Shown here one piece after another: positions 49,392 through 63,245 of a stretch of DNA of 64,000 nucleotides. The stretch covers positions 12,648,001 through 12,712,000 of the forward strand of contig NC_043010.1 in assembly GCF_006345805.1 (NCBI RefSeq), read 5' to 3'. Position 1 is the stretch's first letter. Every line of letters begins with the position of its first letter. This DNA is from Octopus sinensis (taxonomy: Eukaryota). The position numbers were made by a program, and so were the translations under genes. The notes beneath the pieces are model-generated. The model had not been told where the DNA came from. It did not search any database and saw nothing but the letters and a program-made list of their open reading frames with translations.

Positions 49392-49566
49392 AGGTGTGGC
49401 TGGGTGGTGAGAAGCTTGCTTCCAAACCAAATGGCTCTGGGTTCAGTCCCTTTGAGTGGCAACTTGGGTAAGTGTCTTCTACCACAGCCTTGAGCTGACC
49501 AAAGCATTGTGAGTGGATTTGGTAGACAGAAACTGAAAGGGGCTATTATGGTGTGTGTATATACAT

Positions 49567-49600
<34 letters not shown>

Positions 49601-49657
49601 CACACACATATATATATATATATATACACACACATATATATATATATATTATATATT

Positions 49658-49693
<36 letters not shown>

Positions 49694-49804
49694 CATACAT
49701 ATATATATATACATACATATATATATATATATATAATACACATACATATATATTTATATATATATATATACATACATATATATATATTATTATATTATAT
49801 ATAT

Positions 49805-49837
<33 letters not shown>

Positions 49838-49928
49838 ATATACATACATATATATAATATATAGATAATATAATACATACATAATATATATATACATACA
49901 TATATATATACATATATATACATATATA

Positions 49929-49969
<41 letters not shown>

Positions 49970-50285
49970 TATATATATATATATACATACATATATATAT
50001 ATATACTACATATTATATCATATATATACATAATATATATATATATACATACATATTATATATACAATACATTTATATATATATATATATATATATACAT
50101 ACATCTATATATATACATACATAAATATATACATACATATATATATATATACATATATATATATACATACATACATACATATATATATATATACATATAT
50201 ATACCTTATAATATATATCTATATACTATATATTATATACATATATATACATACATATATATAATATACATATATATATATATAC

Positions 50286-50319
<34 letters not shown>

Positions 50320-50391
50320 TATATACATAATATATAATATCTATCTATATATACATATATTATATACATATATATATATATATATATATTA

Positions 50392-50426
<35 letters not shown>

Positions 50427-50718
50427 ATATATATATAAATAATATATATATATATATTAATATATATATATATATATATACACACACCACACACACACGC
50501 ACATACATACATATAAGTGTGTGTACATATTTATGTGTCTGTGTGTGTGTTTAGGTCCCCGTAACCTAGCAGTTCGGCAAAAAAAATCCAATAGAATAAG
50601 TACTAGGCTTACAAAGAATAAGTCCCAGAGTTGATTTTTTTCAACTAAAAAAAACTTTTAGGCAGTGCTCCAGCATGGCTGAAATCAAATGACTGAAATA
50701 AGTAAAAGAGTAAAAGAA
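49392..50718 (+). mobile_element. SINE family A with internal (TA/TACA)n expanded to ~1 kb
   Basis: Head at 49392-49550, microsatellite at ~49550-50480, tail at 50530-50718. Confidence 0.8.
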
Positions 50719-50860
50719 TGATACCAAGACTTAATTAATTTGGACTTAGCAATTTTATCCTCCACGGGTTAATGAACTAAAGTACCAGTCAAGTACTTGG
50801 GTCGATCTAGTTGTCTAAAACAGCTTTTTTCTTTTTTCGTTTTTTTTTTTTACAAACATA

Positions 50861-51272
50861 TAGGCGCAGGAGTGGCTGTGTGGTAAGTAGCTTGCTAACC
50901 AACCACATGGTTCCGGGTTCAATCCCACTGTGTGGCATCTTGGGCAAGTGTCTTCTGCTATAGCCCCTGGCTGACCAATGCCTTGTGAATGGATTTGGTA
51001 GACGGAAACTGAAAGAAGCCTGTCGTATATATGTATATATATATATTATAATGTGTGTGTGTGTTTGTGTGTCTGTGTTTGTCCCCCTGCATTGCTTGAC
51101 ACCGATGCTGGTGTGTTTACGTCTCCGTCACTTAGCGGTTCAGCAAAAGAAACCGATAGAATAAGTACTAGGCTTACAAAGAATAAGTCCCGGGGTCGAT
51201 TTGCTCGACTAAAGGCGGTGCTCCAGCATGGCCGCAGTGAAATGGCTGAAACAAGTAAAAGAGTAAAAGAGT
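50861..51272 (+). mobile_element. SINE family A
   Basis: Family similarity. Confidence 0.88.
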
Positions 51273-51408
51273 ATATAACCCCAAAATTGCATTCTTGTGG
51301 GGCCAAATGTTAGGAATCAATATCGAAGTTGAAATTACGTTCTCTTACGACTACGTGTATGAGAATCTTCAAATAACTAATGACAGTATACAGGCAACAA
51401 CATTAGTT

Positions 51409-52034
51409 GAAGTAGAGTTTTTTCCCTTGGAAGGAAGTTGGAGAAACGGAATATCTTTATAGATAATAAATATAGTCGGAATGGTGAATGAATTGATGAA
51501 TAAATAGATTAATTGAGAGATTTATTGATAGATAAATTAATAGCTGAACAGACCAAGAGACACGTGAATTAGACAGACAGGTAATTGGATTAACCAAAGT
51601 GAAATGAAAATAGCTTAATGAAGAAAGAGACAGCTAAATAGACACAGAAAATGATAGAGAGACACGAAGGTGGACGACCTACACCAGTTAATCTCTTCCC
51701 CAAAATATTCTCTGGTCTTGTGTCTGACATCACAAGTAAATATTAATTCTCTTCTTCGGCGAGCTGGCAGAAACGTTAGCACGCCGGGCGAAATGCTTAG
51801 CGGTATTTCGTCTGCGTTACGTTGTGAGTTCAAATTCCGCCGAGGTCGACTTTGCCTTTCGTCCTTTCGGGGTCGATAAATTTAAGTACCAGTTATGCAC
51901 TGGGGTCGATGTAATCGACTTAATCCCTTTGTCTGTCCCCTCTGTGTTTAGCCCCTTGTGGGTAGTTAAAAAAAAAAAAAATAATTAATTCTCTTCGTGG
52001 TAATCCCTTGATCTGGGTGAAATAGAAACTAAAT
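51409..52034 (+). repeat. Second copy of the duplicated segment, carrying a family B SINE (51758-51975)
   Basis: TSD-like TTAATTCTCTTC at 51743-51754 and 51985-51996. Confidence 0.9.
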
Positions 52035-52449
52035 CTCCATCAAATTACAGAATGCACTTTTAAAAAAATGAAGAATACAGTGGACAATATAGCATCTGGT
52101 CAGTTGCTCAGCTGTGTGTGTGTGTGTGTTTGTGTGTGCCAGCCAAAGTAGCCCCTGAGTTTCCGGCCCCTCTACCCCGCTGTGCCTCTCAGCCCCAAAA
52201 CGGGCATAAACACCAAACCTTAAAGTGTGGTACCCATAGAAGTGTTGCTTTGGAGTGGACCAACCCTTTTCCTCTCTGCTCCTTTGACATTGGTCATGGA
52301 TGTTACTGAAAAAATGCTAGCTCACACATACAAATACTCACATACTTCTCTTGTGCACACATGCACATATACACATATACTCACACAGAGTTGAAATGCT
52401 GTTTGATTTTTCTTTTCAGTATTGAATGTTCACCATCCGATTTCCATTG

Positions 52450-52513
52450 CACACACCACACACACACACACACACTTACACACACACACACACACACTTA
52501 CACACACACACAC

Positions 52514-52558
<45 letters not shown>

Positions 52559-52625
52559 CACACACACACACACACACACATACACACACACACACACACT
52601 TACACACACACACACACACACAGGC
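52450..52625. repeat. (CA)n microsatellite
   Basis: Direct reading. Confidence 0.9.
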
Positions 52626-53257
52626 ATTCACATACCTCCTTTTTCCATACACACACATATATTCACAGAGTTGAAACGTACCACTACCAGTTTGCCATCA
52701 CCCCTTTCCTTTCTCATTCATATGTTGTAACAGAGAAAAACACAAGAGTATTATTATTTATATTTTATGATGGTCATAAGCAGAGCGATTTTGACCATTC
52801 GTCGCCTTAATCAGGTCAGGCCTGTGGCTAAACAACATCGATAACAATAACCCCTTACAGTTAAAGCTCATCCCCTCCCCTCACATTTGATATACCTGGG
52901 GTACATCACTGGTTTGTTGGTTTTCTTACAGATGTAAAAACACTGCACTAATAAAACACTGAAACACACATTTTACCAGTATATGAAGTTTAAAAGTGTT
53001 TAGTTAGCTAGAAATTGTGTTGACGTCTGACGTTCAAACGGAAAAGGTCCAAATGGTGTTTTTATTTTCGCATGCTCCCCCTATATTCATATTTGAAAAG
53101 TTTCCACCCAATTTTTTTAATTGCTAAGTCTTTGATCAGATCCTCAAAGTTAATCTTATTTAACACATCTGCATCTATCTATACCTGGTAGAGATAAAGG
53201 TATCCCGAATATTATCTCAGCAAGTTTAAAAGTGGTTTCTTTTGTGCCGTAGACCAT

Positions 53258-54468
53258 CTGTGTGTGTGTGTGTGTGTGCGTGCTTGTGTGTGTTTGTGAT
53301 GTGTGTATGCATGGTTGTGTGCATGCTGTGTGTGTGCTTGTGTGAGTGCTTGTGTGGTGTGTGTGTGTGCATGCTTGTGTGTGCATGCTTGTGTGTGTAT
53401 GCATGTGTGTGTGTGTGTGGTGCTGTGTGTGTGTGTTGTGTATGCATGTGTGTGGTGTGCGTGCTTGTGTGTGTGTGTGTATGCATGTGTGTGTGTGTGT
53501 GCGTGCTTGTGTGTGTGTGTGAGTGCATGTGTGTGTGTGTGTGCGTGCTTGTGTGTGTGTTGTGTGCATGCTTGTGTGAGTGCATGTGTTGTGTGTGTTG
53601 CGTGCTTGTGTGGTGTGTGTGCAGCTTGTGTGAGTGCATGTGTGTGTGTGTGTGTGTGCGTTGCTTGTGTGTGTGTGTGTGTATGCATGTGTGTGTTGTG
53701 TGCATGCTTGTGTGTTGTGTGTGTATGCATATGTGTATGTGTGTGCATGCTGTGTGCGTGCTTGTGTGTTGTGTGTGTGTGTATGCATGTGTGTGTGTGT
53801 GTGCGTGCTTGTGTGTGTGTGTGTGTATGCATGTGGTGTGTGTGTGCATGCTTGTGTGTGCATGCTTGTGTGAGTGCATGTGTGTGTGTGTGTGCGTGCT
53901 TGTGTGTGTGTGTGTGCATGCTTGTGTGAGTGCATGTGTGTGTGTGTGTGCGTGCTTGTGTGTGTGTGTGTGTATGCATGTGTGTGTGTGTGTATGCATG
54001 TGTGTGTGTGTGTATACATGTGTGTGTGTGTGTGCATGCTTGTGTGAGTGCATGTGTGTGTGTGTGTGCGTGCTTGTGTGTGTGTGTGTGTATGCATGTG
54101 TGTGTGTGTGTGTATGCATGTGTGTGTGTGTGTGCATGCTTGTGTGAGTGCATGTGTGTGTGTGTGGTGCGTGCTTGTTGGTGTGTGTGTATGCAGTGTG
54201 TTGTGTGTGTATGCATGTGTGTGTGTGTGTGCATGCTTGTGTGAGTGCTTGTGTGTGTGTGCGTGTGCTTGTGTGTGTGTGTATGCATGTGTGTGTGTGT
54301 GTGTGTGCATGCTTGTTTGTGCATGCTTGTGTGTGTGTGCATGCTTGTGTGTGCATGCTTGTGTGTGTATGCATGTGTGTGTGTGTGTGTGTGTGCATGC
54401 TTGTGCGTGCGTGCTTGTGTTTGTATGTATGTGTGTGCTTGTGTGTATGTGTGTGTGTGTGTGTGTTT
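53258..54468. repeat. ~1.2 kb compound (TG)n/GCATGCTT tract
   Basis: Direct reading. Confidence 0.95.
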
Positions 54469-54534
54469 GCCTCCAGTACAATAAATTTCTGTCTCCAAAA
54501 CAGGTTGAATGTCCAGCCAGCCATACCAAGTGGA

Positions 54535-54775
54535 GGTAGGTGGCTTAGTGGTTAGGATGTTGGAGTCATGGTTGTAAGATTGTGATTTCAATTCCTTGAC
54601 CAGGCAGCATATTGTGTTCTTGAGCAAAAAACACTTCCTTTCATGTTCCTCCAGTCCACTCAACTGGCAAAACAAAGCAATCATGCAATGGACTGGCATG
54701 CCATCCAGATGTGGAATATATACGCCCTGAAACCGGGAAACTGGCCCTTGTGAATCGGTACAACTTGAGAAGGTA
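54535..54775 (+). mobile_element. tRNA-derived SINE (family D-like head)
   Basis: tggcttagtggttagg...cttgagcaa...ctccagtccactcaactggc. Confidence 0.65.
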
Positions 54776-54866
54776 ACTTTACTATTACATCCATACTAAA
54801 TTGTCACCTTCTAAACAACCACATGCAATCATCTCATTCTGTGAAGATTACCAGCAGCAGCTGCAG

Positions 54867-55255
54867 GAGGCGCAATGGCCCAGTGGTTAGGGCATCAGAC
54901 TCGCAGTTGGAGGATCATGGTTTTCATTCCCAGACTGGGCGTTGTGTGTGTTTATTGAGCGAAAACACCTAAAGCACCACGAGGCTCTGGCAGGGGGGTG
55001 GCGACCCCTGTTCTACTCTTTCGCTCCGACTTTCTCTCACTCTTTCTTCCTGTTTCTTGTCCCCGACTTCCTACCCAACCGCTGAGCCTGGATGCGCATT
55101 CATCCATCCGTCGATGCTCTCGGTGTCGAGGGTTGACCTGCTTTCTCTTCTGCGGGTCCTACGAATAGCAAAGGACCACGTTTCGGACTTCTCAGATCTT
55201 GCGAGCTCTGGGACGAAGACCCGTTCGCTCAACAGCAACAGCAACAGCAGCAGCT
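54867..55255 (+). mobile_element. tRNA-derived SINE with (CAACAG)n tail (head related to family E)
   Basis: tggcccagtggttagggc head; shares gagcgaaaacacctaa and ctttctctcactcttt with 42266-42566. Confidence 0.7.
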
Positions 55256-55394
55256 GGGGATTAAACTAATGATGGATCAGTGTCCTGTCTAGGGATCTGT
55301 TTTGTACTTTTAATCACTTAAAGCCTCAGAAACCAACATAAGCTCAAGCCAAATGAGCTTGGAGAATTGATAAGACTTTAACTCGAATTTAGAG

Positions 55395-55843
55395 AGAAGT
55401 TTGAGTGTTGTTTTACTTGTTTCAGTCCTTTGACTGCAGCCATGCTGGAGCACTGCCTTAAAGGATTTTAGTCAAAGAAACTGAACCCAGAACTTATTCT
55501 TTGTAAGCCTAGTACTTATTCTATTGGCCTCTTTTGCTGAACCACTAAGTTATGGGGACATAAACACACCAGTGGTGTCAAGCAATGGTGGGAGATGAGA
55601 GGTGGGGGACAAACACACACATATGCACACACACACACACACACACATGCACACACACACATGCACGCGTGCACACACACACATGTACAATGGGCTTCTT
55701 TCAGTTTCTGTCTACCAAATCCACACATGGCCAGCTTGAGGTTATGGTAGAAGACACTTGCCCAAGGTGACATGCAGTGGGACTGAACCCAGAACCGTGT
55801 GGCTGAGAAGCAAGTTTCTTACTACACAGCCATGCCTGCACCT
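55395..55843 (-). mobile_element. SINE family A (diverged)
   Basis: Family similarity. Confidence 0.75.
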
Positions 55844-55944
55844 AGATAGATGAAATAATATTCAAAACATACCATGAATTAATCTATAAACATCTTGAAA
55901 TACTTTATTTACATTACTTACATTTAACAGATATTTGTCCTCAT

Positions 55945-57875
55945 ATGAATGTATGTATGTATGTATGTATGTATGTATGTGTGTGTGTGTGCATGCATGC
56001 GTGCGTGTGTGCGTATGTATGTATGTATGTATGTATGTACGTGTGTGTGTGTGTGTGCGTGTATGTATGTGTGTGTGTATGTATGTATGTATGTATGTGT
56101 GTGTGTGTAAATATGTATGTATGTGTGTGTGTGTATGTATGTGTTTATGTATGTGTTTATGTATGTGTGTATGTGTGTGTGTGTGTATGTCTGTATGTAT
56201 GTATGTATGTATGTATGTATGTATGTATGTATGTATGCATGTATGTATGTATGTATGCATGTATGTATGCATGTATGCATGTATGTATGTATGCATGTAT
56301 GTATGTATGTATGTATGCATGTATGTATGTATGTATGCATGTATGTATGCATGTATGTATGTATGTGTGTATGCATGTATGTATGTATGCATGTATGTAT
56401 GTATGTATGTATGTATGTATGTATGTATGTATGTTATGTATGTATGTATGTATGCATGTATGTATGTTGTATGTATGTATGTATGTATGTATGTAGTATG
56501 TATGTATGTATTCATGTATGTATGTATGTATGTATGTAGTATGTATGCATGCATGCATGTATGTATGTATGCATGCATGTATGTATGTATGTATGTATGT
56601 ATGTATGTATGTATGTATGTATGTGTGTATGCATGTAGTATGTATGTATGTATGTATGTATGTATGTATGTATGCATGTATGTATTATGTATGTTGTATG
56701 TATGTATGTTGTATGTATGTATGTGTGTATGCATGTATGTATGTATGTGTGTATGTATGTATGTATGTGTATGCATGTATGTCTGCATGTATGTATGCAT
56801 GTATGTATGTATGTATGTATGTATGTATGTATGTATGTATGTATGCATGTATGTATGTATGTATGTATGTATGTATGTATGTATGCATGCATGTATGTAT
56901 GTATGTATGCATGTATGTATGTATGTATGCATGTATGTATGTATGTATGTATGTATGTATGTATGTATGTATGTATGTATGTATGTATGCATGCATGTAT
57001 GTATGTATGTATGCATGCATGCATGCATGTATGTATGTATGTATGTATGTATGTATGTATGCATGCATGTATGTATGTATGCATGTATGTATGTATGTAT
57101 GTATGTATGTATGCATGTATGTATGTATGTATGTATGTATGCATGTATGTATGTATGTATGCATGTATGTATGTATGTATGTATGTATGTATGTATGTAT
57201 GTATGTATGTATGCATGTATGTATGTATGCATGTATGTCTGCATGTATGTATGCATGTATGTTATGTATGTATGTATGTATGTATGCATGTATGTATGTA
57301 TGTATGTATGTTGTATGCATGTATGTATGTATGTATGTATGTATGTATGTATGTATGTATGTATGTATGTATGCATGCATGCATGTATGTATGTATGCAT
57401 GCATGTATGTATGTATGTATGTATGTATGTATGTATGTATGTATGTATGCATGTGTATGTTGTATGTATGTATGTATGTATGATGTATGCATGTATGTAT
57501 GTATGTATGTATGCATGTATGTATGTTATGTATGTATGCATGTATGTATGTATGTATGTATGTATGCATGTATGTATGTATGTATGTATGCATGTATATA
57601 TGTATGTATGCATGCATGTATGTATGTATGTATGTATTCATGTATGTATGTATGCATGTATGTATGTATGTATGTATTCATGTATGTATGTATGCATGTA
57701 TGTATGTATGTATGTATGTATGTATGTATGTATGTATGCATGTATGTATGTATGTATGTATGCATGTATGTATGTATGTATGTATGTATGCATGTATGCA
57801 TGTATGTATGCATGTATGTATGTATGTATGTATGTATGTATGTATGTATGTATGTATGTATGTATGTGTGTATGC
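55945..57875. repeat. ~1.9 kb (TATG)n/(CATG) tetranucleotide tract
   Basis: Direct reading; source of the 677-aa MYVC ORF. Confidence 0.97.
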
Positions 57876-58603
57876 ATTCTTTGTATTCAAGCAGACAAAT
57901 ACAGCCTCCGTAACAGACTAAGTCAAAAGCCATTGCAACGTTTGCAAGTAGCACCAAAAGAGCTTTGACAAAAACAAAACAAAACAAATGACTTACTGTT
58001 TAACCAAATTAAACAAGCAATTGATTATTTACTTGGGTATTTAACCAATTCACTAATAATAAAGGAGTGGAACTGAACCTGTGTAAGTGTTAATTATATT
58101 GGCATGATGAATCTCCTTAGACACAGCAAAATTTGTTTCAACACACAAATTCACATAAAGAATCTTGCAAACCAGATACAAAAAGGAAGCATTATATATG
58201 TATTATCATGTAATATATATATGTATTATATATGTAATAATTAAATCAGATATTATGCATTTTATTGTGTTTTGTTATGTACGTGATCTTCCAGTCCATG
58301 GACAAAAATATCTTGTGTGACACTGGTCTAAGGGGTAAAAAGAAACTGGGGATTGCTGCCTCAACAATGTTTGTCAATCCTTTTTTTTCCCCCTCTTAAT
58401 CATAAACTTATGAGAGTCTCCCCTTAAAAGTGTCCCTGTTTCTAAGGACAAAGTCCTTGTGCTTCACTTTGACCCTAACATCACTTGTGTATGGTTAAGA
58501 AGTTTACTTTACAGCTACATAGCTTCAAGTTTTATTCTATAGCACATTATCTTTGACAAACATCTTCCTGCAAGAGTCTTGCATTGACAAGCATGGATAT
58601 TAA

Positions 58604-58823
58604 CCCTTTCGCATTCAGATTAATCTGCAAAATGAAATGGTTATGCATTCACATTGCTTTCAATCAATCATGCATTATTTCATAGCTTTGGGATTTCGAT
58701 GTTGTGATTGTTTATATTTAGAATTACATTGTAGGGTAGGTGTGAGAGGCAAAATCTGGCAAGTTTGAACATACGATATGTAGAATATTTAGGCTGGATA
58801 TGGCCAGTTTAAATGCTAAAGGG
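58604..58823. mobile_element. piggyBac-type MITE with TTAA TSD
   Basis: TTAA|CCCTTTCGCATT ... AATGCTAAAGGG|TTAA (TIR 11/12). Confidence 0.88.
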
Positions 58824-59024
58824 TTAATGAGTGGTTCTGTTGTGAGCAGGGTGGGTGGGGTGTACATGTGTATAAGCTGAGTGACACTGGGAATAGCCAA
58901 ATAGTTAGAAATTTCACTTTACAATCGTGTGGCCCAAGATCCTCTTCCACCATGTGGCAGCATTAGCAACCATTTTCTACCAACGCATCAGGTGCAGAGA
59001 CACTTTTGAAGCCCATCAGATGCA

Positions 59025-59535
59025 TTCATCATCATCATCATCGTTTAACATCCATTTTCCATGCTAGCATGGGTTGGATGGTTCAACCAGGGTCTGAGAA
59101 GCCAAGAGGCTGCACCAGGCCCAGTCTGATCTGGCAGTGTTTCTGCAGTTGGATGCCCTTCCTAAAGCCAACCACTCTGTGAGTGTAGTGGGTGCTTTTT
59201 ACGTGCCACCTGCACAGATGCCAGGGGAGGCTGGAAGCAGCCACGATCGGTTGGTGCTTTTTATGTGCCACCAGCGCAGAAGCCAGTCAAGGCGGTGCTG
59301 GCATCGGCCACATTCGGATGGTGCTTTTTACGTGCCACTGGCACAGGTATCATAACTACTATTTCCATTCGATATTTATTTTGATGTCGATGTACTTGAC
59401 TCAATAGGTCTCCTCAAGCACAGCAGGTCATGTGCCACCGGCACAGAGGCCAGTCAAGGCAACGCTGGCATCGGCCACGTTCAGATGGTGCTTTTTACGT
59501 GCCGCTGGCACAGGTATCATAACTACAATTTCCAT
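59025..59535 (-). mobile_element. RTE-like 3' portion
   Basis: Family similarity. Confidence 0.8.
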
Positions 59536-59764
59536 TTAGTGCAATTCAAATGCCAGCCTTGCCACACACTGCAGAAAGAGTACACAAATTCTGTATGAAG
59601 ATTCCATAAAGTGTCTGTGAAATATGTGGCTACTATTCTCTGTCAGTCACTTACCGTATCTTGAACATCTTGTTTCTATGGACATTGACACACAAGAGCT
59701 TCGAAGTCAAGGAGATGACTCGGTAGGAGCCCACAAGATTATCCAACATCTTCCTAGCATCAAC

Positions 59765-60017
59765 TTTACTCTTTTACTTGTTTCAGTCATTTGACTGCGG
59801 CCATGCTGGAGCACCGCCTTTAGTCGAGCAAATCGACCCCGGGACTTATTCTTTGTAAGCCCAGTACTTATTCTATCGGTCTCTTTTTGCCGAACCGCTA
59901 AGTGACGGGGGACGTAAACACACCAGCATCGGTTGTCAAGCAATGCTAGGGGACAAACATAGACACACAAACACACACACACACATATATATATATATAC
60001 ATATATACGACAGGCTT
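59765..60017 (-). mobile_element. SINE family A, 5'-truncated
   Basis: Family similarity. Confidence 0.8.
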
Positions 60018-60424
60018 TGATCATCTTTTTTAATTCAATCTCTCTACCATCAGTCGACATGCTTATATTATCAAAAGACAGTTCAGCACTCAAGACATTT
60101 TGAAACAACTCTTTTTTTCATGCTCAGAATTGTTGAAGCATAGAATAAATTACCAGTATAAGCTGTTAGCTGTCAGGGCACCACATCCTTCAAAAGCCCC
60201 ATATACCCCAGGATTCACCAACACTGTTCACGAGGGGCTTGCGCCTCCTTTCTTCTCAATGGCCCTTTTATTATTCACTCTTCTGCCTATGCATGTTTTA
60301 ATCTGTGTACCGTGCATGCCCTTTAGGCTTTTATTGCCGTCTTTCTTTAGTTGAATTGTTGCTGTTTGTTGTCATCTCTTTTACACTTTTCCAATAAGTT
60401 GTAAACTGTATGCAACAAGCTCAT

Positions 60425-60865
60425 TCATCATCATCATCATCATCATCGTTTAACGTCCATTTTCCATGCTAGCATGGGTTGGATGGTTCGACCGGGGATC
60501 TGGGAAACCAGAAGGCTGCACCAGGCTCCAGTCTTATCTGGCAATGTTTCTACAGCTGGATGCCCTTCCTAACGCCAACCACTCCGTGAGTGTAGTGGGT
60601 GCTTTTTACGTGCCACCTGAACAGGTGCCAGGCGAGGCTGGCATCGGCCACGGTTCGGATGGTGTTTTTACGTGCACCGGCACGGAGGCCAGTTGAGGCG
60701 GCACTGGTATCGGCCACGATTCAGATAGTGCTTTTTACGTACCACCAGTCCAGGGGTCCTGGCATCTGCCGAGTGCCAGTCATAGGATTGGTTCAATTTC
60801 GATTCCAACTTCAATTTCAATTTCACTTGCCCCAACAGGTCTTCACAAGTAAAGGGGGTTGGCAT
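60425..60865 (-). mobile_element. RTE-like 3' portion
   Basis: Family similarity. Confidence 0.8.
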
Positions 60866-61199
60866 GGGTGCCTTAATTCAAGGAGAAGATAGTTTGTTTG
60901 ACTGAGAAACTAGAAGCTCACTGTTGAAACCAACTGGTGTAAATCAGTGCAGTGAGTTACGTCCCTTTATGCTGAAACCATAAAAAAGAAGAAAAATTTA
61001 ATCCTGGCCATTCAATGAATGCAGATCAATAAAATAAGTTTGCACGCTAAGTACTGTGGTTGATAGAACAGACTAATAAAAAAAATCCCTTGAAGATGGT
61101 GCCCGAATATCATCAAAGTCCAGTGACTGATAGCAGTAAAAAATAAATCAATGAATATCCGCATTCAACCATCAGTGTTTTGATATTTTAACACTGCAA

Positions 61200-61765
61200 G
61201 GCGGCAAGCTGGCAGAAACGTTAGCACGTTGGGCGAAATGCCTAGCAGTATTTTGTCTGCTGCTACGTTCTGAGTTCAAATTCCGCCGAGGTAGACTTTG
61301 CCTTTCATCCTTTCGGGGTCGATAAATTGAGTACCAGTTACGCACTGGGGTCGATGTAATCGACTTAATACCTATGTCTGTCCTTGTTTGTCCCCTCTAT
61401 GTTTAGCCCCTTGTGGGTAATAAAGAAATAGGTATTTCGTCTGCCGTTACGTTGTAGTTCAAATTCCGCCCAGGTCAACTCTGCTTTTCATCCTTTCGGG
61501 GTCGATTAAATAAGTATCAGTTACGCACTGGGTCGATATAATCGACTTAATCTGTCTGACCTTCTTTGTCTCCTCTGTGTTTAGCCCCTTGTGGGTAGTA
61601 AAGAAATAGGTATTTCGTCCTCTGAGTTCAAAATTTGCCGAGGTTGACTTTGCCTTTCATCCTTCCGGGGTCGATAAATTAAGTAACAGTTGCATACTGG
61701 GGTTGACCTAATCGACTGGCCCCCTCCCCCAAAATTTCAGGTTTTGTGCCTTGAAAAGAAAAGGA
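61200..61765 (+). mobile_element. SINE family B head-to-tail trimer
   Basis: One head, junctions AAAGAAATAGGTATTTCGTC at ~61422 and ~61600. Confidence 0.85.
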
Positions 61766-62313
61766 TATTTTAACACTGCAGCTGAATTAAATAATGTTTA
61801 ACCTCCAGAGTCAAATCCTTGCACACCAGAATTACTTCTAATTACTCAAATGGAATTAATATATTTAATTTGGTCCCAGGCGCATTTTCATTCGTAAACA
61901 AAATTATTCACCTAATATTCCTCTTCGTGCAGAGGGAGCTTCTTTGAGGTCACTTATCTTGCTAGAAATAACAGTCAAGTCTCCTTCAAATCACATCCTA
62001 ACTGTCTTAAAGCTTAAATTATATTACATAGTCCGGTGCATCCAATAAAATACCAGAGGGATACTGTTGGAACATTTTTTTTTATCATAAGCCTGCTTAT
62101 TTAAAGTTAATTGGGGTTGAGGTTCAGGTTGAAAAACAACAACATTCATAAATGTATGTGTGTATGTGTGGGTGCAGGGGGCGGTTGGCATGTGGTTGGA
62201 CAGGTTTCAGAGGCCCAAGTCAGTTCTTATCTGGAGTCACTACCATCCTAGATGAGTATGGTTTCTGGAAATGAATGCCCTTTCTAACACTAACCACTTT
62301 ATAAAGGATATTT

Positions 62314-62921
62314 GGATCTTTTCGGTTTGAACGACAGTTTTTTCTAGCAGTGTCATATGAAATTGTCACCCATAATTATGACCCTAGTATCGATCTATTG
62401 CATTTCAATCTGTTTTAGGGTTAGGGTTAGAGGTAGGGTTACGGGTGGGGGAAGGGTATCTTTTTTTCTTCACAAATGTAATTAAACCCAATCTGTTTCT
62501 TAAACGAGGGACATATACATACAGCACAGAATGTTTTTTTTCACCTCAATAGACGTCATTGATTGGTTGAAATTGCAGAAATTGAAGAAAAAAAACAACA
62601 AATATCTTACAAACTATAGAATTTTCTCAATAAAGCCAAGAAAAAAAAGATGTTTTATAAACACATTCTACCAGTATACGAAGTTTAAAAGTGTTTAGTT
62701 ACTCTCTTTCTCTTTTCTCTCTTTTACTTGTTTCAGTCATTTGACTGTGGCCATGCTGGAGCACCGCCTTTAGTCGAGCAAATCGACCCCGGGACTTATT
62801 CTTTGTAAGCTCAGTACTTATTCTATCGGTCTCTTTTTGACGAACCGCTAAGTGACGGGGACGTAAACACACACAGCATCGGTTGTCAAGCAATGCTAGG
62901 GGGACAAACACGCACACACAA

Positions 62922-63007
<86 letters not shown>

Positions 63008-63245
63008 ATATATATATATATATATACATATATACGACATCTTCTTTCAGTTTCCGTCTACCAAAACCACTCACAAGGCTTTGGTCGGCCCGAGACTATA
63101 GCAGAAGACACTTGCCCAAGATGTCATGCAGTGGGATTGAACCCGGAACCATGTGGTTGGTTAGCAAGCTACTTACCACACAGCCACTCCTGCACCTGTT
63201 AGGTGGAAATTATGTTAAAAACTGCCATTCAAACCGAAAAGATCC
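62314..63245 (-). mobile_element. Second copy of the 8-bp-TSD TIR element, interrupted by SINE A (62701-63197)
   Basis: Same TIRs; TSD GGATATTT at 62306-62313 and 63246-63253; body is the reverse complement of 4080-4497 and includes TTAGGGTTAGGGTTAG. Confidence 0.9.

Noticed and set aside
53156-54699. 457-495-aa His/Thr-rich ORFs, and similar ORFs at 40071-41560
   Set aside because: (TG)n/(CA)n microsatellite artefacts.
55862-57987. Long ORFs (677, 583, 421 aa etc.)
   Set aside because: Translations of (TATG)n; stop-free only because of repeat composition.
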